Shown here piece by piece: positions 39,963-48,552 of a stretch of DNA of 64,000 nt. The notes beneath the pieces are model-generated. The model worked only from the letters and a program-made list of their open reading frames with translations, was not told where the DNA came from and searched no databases. This DNA comes from Candidatus Kapaibacterium sp. (GTDB taxonomy: Bacteria > Bacteroidota > Ignavibacteria > Kapaibacteriales > UBA2268): NCBI GenBank assembly GCA_963665665.1, contig OY762428.1, forward strand, positions 2,368,001 through 2,432,000, in the 5' to 3' direction. Each line of letters opens with the position of its first letter. Positions within the stretch are counted from its first letter, which is position 1. The position numbers and the translations under genes were made by a program.

Positions 39963-39988
39963 CCCCGCACAATGTGCGGGGTATTTTT
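39963..39988 (+). terminator. Rho-independent terminator
   Basis: CCCCGCAC-aat-GTGCGGGG followed by TATTTTT. Confidence 0.7.
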
Positions 39989-40052
39989 AAATATTTCTGA
40001 ATGTTTCACGTTTTATTAAATGATTAAGAAGTATTAATTATATACTTGATTT

Positions 40053-40068
40053 TGGCAGGAAAATTGTT
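40053..40068 (+). promoter_or_regulatory. Sigma54-like -24/-12 element
   Basis: TGGCAGGAAAATTGTT (GG-N10-GT, imperfect) about 45 bp upstream of the start. Confidence 0.35.
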
Positions 40069-40113
40069 TATTATTGATTATGGAACATATTTTATTCCTG
40101 AAATAAAGGTAAA

Positions 40114-41760
40114 GTGATGGAAAGCAAAAATGTAAAGGCAGTGCTAAAAGATACAAAGAAGTTAAACCTGATGGTTGTTGACGATGACACTTTCTACCTT
40201 AAAGTGCTAAAAAAAATGTTTTCCCGCCTTTACAACGTAGAAGCCTGCTCTTCAGGAATTGATGCTCTTGAGATACTTAAAAATGGTTTTAAACCCGGTG
40301 TAATAATTTCAGACCAGATGATGCCCCAGATGAACGGAGCGGAGTTCCTTGAAAAAAGTATGCTTTATTCACCGGATTCAACAAGGATCATTCTTACGGG
40401 AGCAGATGATTCAAAAACAATTATTTCCTGTATAAATCAGGGGCACGCTTTTATGTTCCTGACAAAACCATCGGATAACCTGGAGTTGTTCCAGGCAGCT
40501 CATATTGGTTTTGACCATTACAAAAACACACTCGACAGGAAAAAAATGCTTACGGGCTCTCGCGGCCAGGTTGATAATATTAAAAATGAGCTTGAAAAGG
40601 CGATAAAAGCTAATGATGACATGTCGCATAAACTTTCTTCTCTTGATGAAGAAAATCAGTCCCACAGAGAAAATATCCAAAAGCTGACCCGTGAGGTCGG
40701 GGAACTAAGTGAAAAAATTGTTGAGCTTGAAGATTTAACGGAATCTCAGAAAGAATTTCCTAACCAGGCAATGGTTACTCTTACTGATTTAATTAAGCAA
40801 AGAGAATGGTTCTACTTTACCGATCATACAAATTCGGTAGTTGAAATTACAAAAGCTATATGTGATGATTTGAATTTCATGCCGGAATTCAGAAACAGCG
40901 TCATGGTTACATCGCTTTTGCACAATATTGCAATACTGGGCATGCCGGATGATATAATGCTTATTGACCCTGCTGTTGCCGAGCTAAATGAAATTTCCCA
41001 ATATATGGATTATTTCCAAAAGGCTGCAAAAACAGTTATTAAGATCAGGCTGTTACGCAGGAATGCTTCTGCAATTTCACAAATATGGGAACGGTGGGAT
41101 GGTTCAGGATTTCCCAATGGCCTGAAAGGCGAGCAAATTTCCAGGGAAGCACAGATTGTAGCCATTGCGAATATCTATCACAACCTTGTTTACAGAATGT
41201 CGCCTGAAGAAATTAAAACTTATATTTCAACGGGAAAGGTTGTACAAACGCCTGCAAGGTCTTTGCATCGCCATAAAGAAGCTATTCGTTTCCTTTATAA
41301 GAAAGGGCGCTGGTTCGATCTTGACATATTCAGGAGTTTTCAGGACCTGCTTAAGCATAAGGAATCGGAAATCCTTATACCGCCAAGAGATGAGCTTGTT
41401 GTTCAAATTGGCATTCACGGACATGAAACAGAACAGAGTGATGATGATATTATCAGGAAGGCACTGGAAGATGAAAAGAAAAGTGATAATGATGATCTGA
41501 TTGAAAGTGAGGATTATAAGGAACAGGAACTAAGTATTAGCGAAGAACCCGAATATATTGAAAAAGAAATCCTTACCGAAGAAGTGCGTCCCGGAATGAT
41601 AAGCCTGCACAGTATTGTTACTGTCAGCGGTATTTTAGTAGTAAGGGGAGATACTTATATTGATGAAAATCTGGTTAGAAAAATCAAGCAATTACACAGC
41701 CGCGAACTGATTTCAGAAAAACTGATGGTAAGGTTTCCTGCTTCGCTTAGCGCGGGATAA
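40114..41760 (+). CDS. Response regulator: REC + coiled coil + degenerate HD-GYP domain
   Basis: VVDDD, ISDQMMP, LTG and KP in the receiver; ERWDGSGFP.GL.GE.I...A.I HD-GYP signature with HD replaced by HN. Confidence 0.82.
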   Translation: MMESKNVKAVLKDTKKLNLMVVDDDTFYLKVLKKMFSRLYNVEACSSGIDALEILKNGFKPGVIISDQMMPQMNGAEFLEKSMLYSPDSTRIILTGADDSKTIISCINQGHAFMFLTKPSDNLELFQAAHIGFDHYKNTLDRKKMLTGSRGQVDNIKNELEKAIKANDDMSHKLSSLDEENQSHRENIQKLTREVGELSEKIVELEDLTESQKEFPNQAMVTLTDLIKQREWFYFTDHTNSVVEITKAICDDLNFMPEFRNSVMVTSLLHNIAILGMPDDIMLIDPAVAELNEISQYMDYFQKAAKTVIKIRLLRRNASAISQIWERWDGSGFPNGLKGEQISREAQIVAIANIYHNLVYRMSPEEIKTYISTGKVVQTPARSLHRHKEAIRFLYKKGRWFDLDIFRSFQDLLKHKESEILIPPRDELVVQIGIHGHETEQSDDDIIRKALEDEKKSDNDDLIESEDYKEQELSISEEPEYIEKEILTEEVRPGMISLHSIVTVSGILVVRGDTYIDENLVRKIKQLHSRELISEKLMVRFPASLSAG

Positions 41761-41791
41761 GGCATTATCAGACGGAAAACTATCAACAATA

Positions 41792-42196
41792 TTAATTATA
41801 ACGCTTGAAGCTTGTTTTCAGAAATTCCTTGAAAGACAGGGATTTGTTTTCTATTTCCGGCTTAACTGATTTGTCTGTGTTCTGAATGACAGGCGTTTCG
41901 TGCTGCGCACCGAACAATTGCTCATCAACCTTAATGTTTTTATCAGAATCAGTAAGGTCTGCAATTGCATTAACGTTTCTGTCTGTAGCTCCTATAAGTA
42001 TTTTTTTTCCGGAAACTTCAACAATAAAAAGGCTGGTTTTGTTCTGAAGAGGAAGTCTGGAAACAACTTTCATAGCATTGCTTCCGGCAGGGTTTTTCAC
42101 TTTATCGGCAACTTTTTTCAACAGGAAGAATAATCCGGCTATAGCCCCTACTGATGCTATTAGCACTCCAAATGCTTTTACTATCGTATCATCCAT
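41792..42196 (-). CDS. fliO: Flagellar biosynthesis protein FliO
   Basis: Single TM, then MKVVSRLPL..K.SLFIVEV.GKKILIG.T; lies directly after fliN. Confidence 0.8.
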   Translation of the reverse strand: MDDTIVKAFGVLIASVGAIAGLFFLLKKVADKVKNPAGSNAMKVVSRLPLQNKTSLFIVEVSGKKILIGATDRNVNAIADLTDSDKNIKVDEQLFGAQHETPVIQNTDKSVKPEIENKSLSFKEFLKTSFKRYN

Positions 42197-42226
42197 GATA
42201 TTCTACTTTTTTTATTCACAGAACAA

Positions 42227-42667
42227 TTATATAAGGTTCCCTCCGCGCCTTGCAGATCTCAGCCTGTCAGCGGGGTCAACCAGGGTTGTAATACGGATAC
42301 CAAAGTGCTTATCGATAACAACCACTTCGCCTTCGGCAACTTTCTTGCCGTTGATCAATACATCAACAGGCTCGCTTACCAGCTTATCAAATTCGATAAC
42401 AGAACCGCGGCCAAGTCGAAGAATATCACGTATAAGCATATTCGTGCGGCCAAGTTCTATCGATACCGGAAGCTGCAGATCATACAATAATTCCAGTTTC
42501 GGATCAAGAGGGGAGTATATTTTATCTTCGGATCCCCCGTCCATTTCCGGGAAATCCGGGGTATCCACCGAAGTAGCTTCAGTTTCAGCTGTCGGCTCTT
42601 CGGTAGCAGCATCCTCGGCGCCTCCACTCGAGATCAAAGCATCAATTTCTTCCTGTGTCATTGACAT
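42227..42667 (-). CDS. fliN: Flagellar motor switch protein FliN
   Basis: [41 protein letters not shown]. Confidence 0.93.
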   Translation of the reverse strand: MSMTQEEIDALISSGGAEDAATEEPTAETEATSVDTPDFPEMDGGSEDKIYSPLDPKLELLYDLQLPVSIELGRTNMLIRDILRLGRGSVIEFDKLVSEPVDVLINGKKVAEGEVVVIDKHFGIRITTLVDPADRLRSARRGGNLI

Positions 42668-42694
42668 AATTCAAATCCTCTTCATTATGAGAAA

Positions 42695-43729
42695 TTAAAA
42701 TTCCTCGTCTTTATGTGTTATATCTTCATCTACAAGGTCTTCTTCATTTAGTTGCCTTGTAATCCTGATAGCTTTTTTACCTTCAACACTGCCGGGCCTT
42801 CCGGCAAGTTTTCTTTTACCTGCAATAGAAATTTCAATCTCCTGATTAACCCTCTTTCTGGTTTTTATAACATCACCTTCCTTCAGGTCCATTAATTCAC
42901 CTACCGTAACAGATGTTTTGGCAAGCTCTGCAATAATTGGCAGATAAGTAACAGACATTTGCTGGTTGAGTATGGACATGTTCTCTTTCATTCTCTTGGA
43001 AGACTGGGTTACAACTGATGTTGTTACCTGCTGCCTGTTTAGCCTGGCAAGAATTTCCTCGAGAGCAAAAGTCGGGAAACAAAGGTTCATCAGGAAAGTA
43101 TGGACACCAATATTTACATCGAACGAAACAACAACTACAATTTCCGAAGACGGTGCTACCTGAACAAAATCAGCTTCCATTTCAAGGCGTTGGAATGAAA
43201 ATTTCAATTCTGCTATCGAACGCCAGGCATTTCTCATGTCCGATAAAGCATGTTCAACTATACTTCTTATAACAGACTGCTCTATAGGAGTAATCGAACG
43301 GGGCTTTGTCTGGACTTCGGCGCTGCCTCCGAGAAGCCTTTCAACAATTGTCAGGGCAAGTTGCGGACTGATTTCAAGAATTCCGCTTCCGTCAGTGCCT
43401 TCAATATCAAAAACGTAAAGGCAGCTTGGGTTTGAAACAGAAAGGATAAACTCTGAGTAGAATAACTGGTCAACAGAAGTAACAGATATGGAAACCACAG
43501 TCTGCAATTTCGATACAAGGTAATATCCGAACACCTCGGCAAAACTTTCATGAACTGTTTGGAGTGTACGAACCTGGTTTTTTGATATTCTGTTTGGCCT
43601 GCGGAAATCGTAATTTGATATATCGCCCTTGGCAAGCTTCCCGTCAAGGACATCATCAACATCAACCCTTCCGCTCGTCATTTCCGAGAGTAGGCTGTCT
43701 ATCTCATTTTGTGATAAAACATCTGCCAT
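42695..43729 (-). CDS. fliM: Flagellar motor switch protein FliM
   Basis: N-terminal VLSQNEIDSLL CheY-binding motif, YDFRRPNRISK, LLGG, C-terminal SpoA domain. Confidence 0.95.
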   Translation of the reverse strand: MADVLSQNEIDSLLSEMTSGRVDVDDVLDGKLAKGDISNYDFRRPNRISKNQVRTLQTVHESFAEVFGYYLVSKLQTVVSISVTSVDQLFYSEFILSVSNPSCLYVFDIEGTDGSGILEISPQLALTIVERLLGGSAEVQTKPRSITPIEQSVIRSIVEHALSDMRNAWRSIAELKFSFQRLEMEADFVQVAPSSEIVVVVSFDVNIGVHTFLMNLCFPTFALEEILARLNRQQVTTSVVTQSSKRMKENMSILNQQMSVTYLPIIAELAKTSVTVGELMDLKEGDVIKTRKRVNQEIEISIAGKRKLAGRPGSVEGKKAIRITRQLNEEDLVDEDITHKDEEF

Positions 43730-43767
43730 TGTTCACTTTCAGGTTATCGTCCTACAAGCCTTGAAAA

Positions 43768-44418
43768 TTATTGAATAATAAACTGGTTGATCAATACATT
43801 CCTGAGATACATCCTGTTTTTAAGGAATATTGGTTTCAGATCATGCTTGAATATAACTGAGAGAGAATCCCTGTTCTCATGCAGCTGACTCTCTGACATA
43901 CCGCCAATAATATTATTGATCTTAGATCTCATCTTTGCTTCTACGATCTCTTCAAGTTTAAATTCGCCACCGTGTCCCTCTCCTTCAGCGGCTTCTTCTC
44001 CATCTTCAGCGTGAGGTTTTACCCTGACTTCAAGCCCCAGGTCTATCACAACAATCTTTGTTGACCCCTTGGGGTTTGTCATGATTTTCCCGGTTTTCAG
44101 GAAGTGCACGCCTTCTTTTTCGAACATTAGTTCTTCTTCGGTCTCATCCTCAAACTCGTCTTCGTCGTGAGCTTTTTTTTCTTTTTCGCCGTGGCCTTCT
44201 TCAGCTTCTACCTGTTCGGTTTTATTTCCTGCATTCGGGTTGCCGAGCCCATCGATGAGAAGAGGAATAAAAAGGAAATAAGTAGCTGCGATAAAGATAA
44301 TTACAATACCGAATATTACCCCGAGTACAACAGGTAATTTCATACCATCTCCGGAGGTATTCCTTTTGGGTTTCTTCGGTTTTTGTTTTTCTGTGCCTTC
44401 GTTTTTTTCTTCTGCCAT
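43768..44418 (-). CDS. fliL: Flagellar basal body-associated protein FliL
   Basis: N-terminal TM, acidic linker, TNP, C-terminal NVLINQFIIQ; lies directly upstream of fliM. Confidence 0.8.
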   Translation of the reverse strand: MAEEKNEGTEKQKPKKPKRNTSGDGMKLPVVLGVIFGIVIIFIAATYFLFIPLLIDGLGNPNAGNKTEQVEAEEGHGEKEKKAHDEDEFEDETEEELMFEKEGVHFLKTGKIMTNPKGSTKIVVIDLGLEVRVKPHAEDGEEAAEGEGHGGEFKLEEIVEAKMRSKINNIIGGMSESQLHENRDSLSVIFKHDLKPIFLKNRMYLRNVLINQFIIQ

Positions 44419-44469
44419 ATTTATCTACTAATAAAATAAAACAAAAATGATAAGATAAATATAATGTAT

Positions 44470-44496
44470 AAATCGGCATTAATCCAATAAAATTAA
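44470..44496 (-). promoter_or_regulatory. Sigma28-like promoter upstream of fliL
   Basis: Minus strand TTAA-N15-GCCGATTT. Confidence 0.55.
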
Positions 44497-44536
44497 GCCG
44501 CAGTCAATAAAATTGACGAAATAATTATATTTTTAA

Positions 44537-44552
44537 TGAAATTTTCATGCCA
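44537..44552 (-). promoter_or_regulatory. Sigma54-like element upstream of fliL
   Basis: Minus strand TGGCATGAAAATTTCA (imperfect -12). Confidence 0.35.
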
Positions 44553-44811
44553 AACGGGGCCTTATTCAATAAATACAGGCTTAATCTGTAATTACAGGGA
44601 AATCATTTTTTTCGGTAAAAATTATTTTGGCTAAATATATACAACAAGTAAACAATAGTCCGCAAAATGGATATAAATCAAAGAAAGTACAGGATATTTT
44701 GGGTTCCCGGATAACAATATTGCTTTTTTCATTTAACCGGAGAAGTTGATTTTTCCTTCCAAATTATATATGTGGCATTGTGACATACCCGGAACTATAA
44801 AAATTTATCCA

Positions 44812-44844
44812 TCATTCCCATTGGGTTTTAACCGATGGGAATGA
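44812..44844. repeat. REP-like hairpin (may also act as a terminator)
   Basis: TCATTCCCAT-tgggttttaaccg-ATGGGAATGA inverted repeat. Confidence 0.45.
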
Positions 44845-44912
44845 ATTAAGTAAATATTTTGGAAGGATTCTTCCATAACTGCTATGAAGCAGTTCCGGAA
44901 TATATTTCAAAA

Positions 44913-46022
44913 TTACAGCAGGGAGCTTATCTTTTTTCTTCTCAGGAAATCAACTACCTCAAGAACGTCGTCTGATTGTCCACGTTTACAAATCAGCATG
45001 GCATCGTCTGTATCAATAACAATCAGATCCTTAACACCCACCAGCCCAATAAGTTTACCTTTTGCACTTACCAGGCAGTTATGGGAATTTACAGGAATCA
45101 CATCCCCTTCAATAACATTGTTTCGAGCGTCCTTCATCGAAAGCCTGTATAGTTCATCCCAGTTTCCCATATCACTCCAGCGGAAGAAAGACTGAACAAC
45201 GAAAACATTGTCGGCCTTTTCAAGCAATGCATAATCGATGGAAAGAGAAGTCACCTGCTTATAAGTCTGTTCCACATTAGCATTGAAGCTGTCCTTGCCG
45301 ACGTGATCATGAAGAATTTTGAATATTGCAGTATCTTCCGGCCAGTGCTTATCCATCGAATCCCAAAATGTCTGGAAAGTCCAGACAAAAATACCGCTGT
45401 TCCACAGGAAATCTCCTGAATCAATAAATCTCTTCGCCGTGGCGGTATCCGGTTTTTCTGCAAAAGTTGTTGAGTATCGAACTCCCTGGCTATATAACTC
45501 GCCAAGGTCTTCCCTTTTATTTCGCTTGAACTGAATATAGCCAAAGCTTTTTTCCGGCCTTGTAGGCTGAATGCCTATAGTTACAATGCCATTGGTTTGT
45601 CCCGCAGCATCGCAGGCAATATTCACGGCCTGGTAAAATTCACCCTTATTGAATATTATATGGTCTGACGGAAAAACAGCCATTACTGTATCCGGTCCGT
45701 ACTTCCGGCTTAATATAACAGCAGAAAGAGCAAGGCATGGCGCTGTATTCCTTATAAACGGCTCAACGATAATATTTTCTTCGGGTAAATCCGGAAGCTG
45801 TTTCTTTATATGATTGACCATTTTTTTGATGGTAACAATATAAATATCTTCCATATCAAATATTTTTGAAACACGATTAATAGTATTTTGTATCATTGTG
45901 CCCTCGCCAAGCAGGTGAATAAACTGCTTGGACATTTTCTCTGTGCTGCGGGGCCAGAGCCTGGCTCCGTATCCGCCTGCCATTACTACTGCTACTCTTT
46001 TTGGTTCTGTATTATTTTCCAT
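44913..46022 (-). CDS. manC: Mannose-1-phosphate guanylyltransferase
   Basis: MAGG.G.RLWPRS...KQF, EP..RNTAP, PSDH, FAEKP, WNSGIF, SIDYALLEK, WSD.G.W. Confidence 0.92.
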   Translation of the reverse strand: MENNTEPKRVAVVMAGGYGARLWPRSTEKMSKQFIHLLGEGTMIQNTINRVSKIFDMEDIYIVTIKKMVNHIKKQLPDLPEENIIVEPFIRNTAPCLALSAVILSRKYGPDTVMAVFPSDHIIFNKGEFYQAVNIACDAAGQTNGIVTIGIQPTRPEKSFGYIQFKRNKREDLGELYSQGVRYSTTFAEKPDTATAKRFIDSGDFLWNSGIFVWTFQTFWDSMDKHWPEDTAIFKILHDHVGKDSFNANVEQTYKQVTSLSIDYALLEKADNVFVVQSFFRWSDMGNWDELYRLSMKDARNNVIEGDVIPVNSHNCLVSAKGKLIGLVGVKDLIVIDTDDAMLICKRGQSDDVLEVVDFLRRKKISSLL

Positions 46023-46144
46023 TTTAAAAAATCATTTGTTTAAATTTTGTAGTTTCAGATTATATAAACGAATATATAAGAATTTAGTTAAAATTAATAA
46101 TATTATTCCTTCGTTTTTAATATTATTTGAAATATGAGGCAGGA

Positions 46145-46507
46145 ATGTTCCTGAAACAGAACAGGATAAAAAGAGAAAAGAACACGATTGGCCGGATGAT
46201 AAAAATATATTGCCGGGCTAAGCACGGTAGTAAAAATAATCTTTGTGATGATTGCAAAGAGATGAATAGCTATGCAATGAAAAAGCTGGAAAAATGCCCT
46301 TATAAAAATGAGAAACCTGCCTGTAATAATTGTCCCGTGCATTGCTATAATAATAATATGAGAGACAAAATCCGCGGGGTTATGCAGTATTCAGGCCCCC
46401 GCATGATATTACACCATCCCCTTCTTGCTGTGCTGCACATTATCGATAAGAAATTATACGGCAATCCTGTCCTGGATAATTTTACCGGGAAAAAGAATAT
46501 TCCATAG
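46145..46507 (+). CDS. YgbA family (nitrous oxide-stimulated promoter family) protein
   Basis: REKNTI..MI.IYC..HG...LC..C, CP...KP.C..C.VHCY, VM.YSGPRM..HP. Confidence 0.85.
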   Translation: MFLKQNRIKREKNTIGRMIKIYCRAKHGSKNNLCDDCKEMNSYAMKKLEKCPYKNEKPACNNCPVHCYNNNMRDKIRGVMQYSGPRMILHHPLLAVLHIIDKKLYGNPVLDNFTGKKNIP

Positions 46508-46578
46508 TAAGCAGGAAGGGGCTGCACCTGAGATTTTGCAATGTAAAGTATGAACTAAATAAGTTGTTAAAAAAAAAT

Positions 46579-48270
46579 TTACTTGCCGTAGTCAATTATA
46601 TAGCCCTTTACATCAAACCTGGCGCGCAAAGATATTTTGTCCTTAATGATCATAAATGGTTCGGAAAACTCAACTGGTTGGGGATAACCTGAATCATAAC
46701 GGCCGTTTTCATTTAAGTCTTCATAGATCATAAGGCTGTATTCACCCGGAGACATTGGCGGGAAGCTCCAGTTGCCCTCCTTGTCGGGGTGGGTTGTGTT
46801 GCTAAGCTGGTCGGATTGCAGAACAATTATTATCTTTTCTATAGATGTTTCGGTGTGATTGTTCAATACTCCCGAAAAAGCGGCATATTTGCGAGTGTCT
46901 GAAGTAGAGAACCTGGCGGAATACAAAGTATCGGCGCCGGGATAGAAATTGGAAGAGCCAATCGTTCCATTATCGAATTCAATTTTATAGTTGGCAAAAT
47001 TCTTCATCTCATTTTCTGTATGAAGTATGTGCCAAACCGGACTTTTCGTTTCGATTGTAAATCCAACAGAACTGCTGTCTGCCATATCAATAAGGGCAAT
47101 GGAGTTTCTTAGTAATTCCGGATCTACAGGCAGGTTGAAGCGGAATTCGAATACATGGTTTCTATCAATTTTTGCACTACTGTCCTTAAGAAATTTGCTA
47201 TTCAATACAATTTTTCCGGTATCAATAGCGCTGACGGCATAAAAGAAAGCTGAATTGATTGAATCTGCAATATAATTATTACTTGTGTCCCGAATACTAT
47301 TATCTGTTCCCGGAACGGCCCTGATCATCCATTTCTTTGTTGTATCGGAAATGTTATCATGAATAATCTCGATTTTTTTACCGGATCCGTCAAGAAGATA
47401 AGCATATTTGATGTCTATTCTCTCTGTTTCTGCAGAATCAGAAAGTACGAAGGAGGCAGGGTTAATATTTGCAAAATCCAGGTCTTCGCTGAAATTAACT
47501 ACAAGCCTGTTATTGAATAACGCCTCGGCACCATAAACAGCCGGAGCTGAGCGATCCAGCGCAGGCCCGATTCTGATAGCTGCCGGCGTAATTGAATCAT
47601 TTGAAGCAACAACATCGGCAAAAGGAAGCCCGAATCTGTCACCATCGTCAATCAGCTGGTTTTTGAATTTGTCATCGACGGCAATCAATCTGTATAAACC
47701 GGCCTTCAGGGCTTTCAGCTCGAAAATACCATTTGTTCCAACCTGTGTCATATATTTTGGTTTGCTAAGATAAGGATCAAGAGTATCGGGATTGATACCA
47801 TCAAGCGGATAAGCAAAAATATAAACACCATCAAAATCTTCTCCGAATAAATGCCCGGAAATTTTAGCACTGTCCAGTTTGCTTCCTGTCGACATAATAA
47901 AAGTATATGCCTCGCTTGGTTTGTTTTTGTCGTAATAGTCCTGATAATCTGTGCCGATAGTCAGGGCATAAGTGGTATTGCTGTCCAATCCCCCGGGGAA
48001 CTCAATTTCAAGTTCCTTTCCGCTCCAGTTATAATCCATACGGGCCGTAGGCGAAATAAAAACATTTTCGGTTACTTTATTTTTTTCAACCCATTTGTTG
48101 AACTCAAGGCTGATAGATTCTCCCTGGAAATTAATTGAACCCGAGGCCGGTTCCGAATGAATAACAGCTGGTGGAGTCGGATCCGGGGGGCCTCCGGAAG
48201 GAGCTTTCTGCACGGCACATGAATAAGCAATGATAGTGCTGACAATAATTAGCAGGTTTATAGTTTTCAT
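46579..48270 (-). CDS. Ig-like (Big_5) domain lipoprotein
   Basis: Lipobox AYSC then AVQKAPSGGP.D..PP; C-terminal D.N.NG.YD.G. Confidence 0.8.
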   Translation of the reverse strand: MKTINLLIIVSTIIAYSCAVQKAPSGGPPDPTPPAVIHSEPASGSINFQGESISLEFNKWVEKNKVTENVFISPTARMDYNWSGKELEIEFPGGLDSNTTYALTIGTDYQDYYDKNKPSEAYTFIMSTGSKLDSAKISGHLFGEDFDGVYIFAYPLDGINPDTLDPYLSKPKYMTQVGTNGIFELKALKAGLYRLIAVDDKFKNQLIDDGDRFGLPFADVVASNDSITPAAIRIGPALDRSAPAVYGAEALFNNRLVVNFSEDLDFANINPASFVLSDSAETERIDIKYAYLLDGSGKKIEIIHDNISDTTKKWMIRAVPGTDNSIRDTSNNYIADSINSAFFYAVSAIDTGKIVLNSKFLKDSSAKIDRNHVFEFRFNLPVDPELLRNSIALIDMADSSSVGFTIETKSPVWHILHTENEMKNFANYKIEFDNGTIGSSNFYPGADTLYSARFSTSDTRKYAAFSGVLNNHTETSIEKIIIVLQSDQLSNTTHPDKEGNWSFPPMSPGEYSLMIYEDLNENGRYDSGYPQPVEFSEPFMIIKDKISLRARFDVKGYIIDYGK

Positions 48271-48501
48271 ATTTCTTATTCTAATATAATTCATTTACAA
48301 AAAATAGAAGTTCTATTTTAAATAATTAATTCAGCTAAAATAATATAAATTTTATTTAAAAGCGCCTTCAATTTGGATAATTATTGTAAACTCTGTTTCA
48401 AGTGTGGTAGTAAATTATTAATATTTCTTGGGATAACTGGTGTGCTGTTAGAGATAATTGATATATAAATATTATTTATTTCAGCAAGTTGAGCTGTTAT
48501 T

Positions 48502-48528
48502 AAAAAACCCGGCTTGTGGCCGGGTTTT
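48502..48528 (-). terminator. Rho-independent terminator (possibly bidirectional)
   Basis: AAAAAACCCGGC-ttgtg-GCCGGGTTTT. Confidence 0.75.
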
Positions 48529-48552
48529 CAAAATAAAATATGATCTGTAGTA

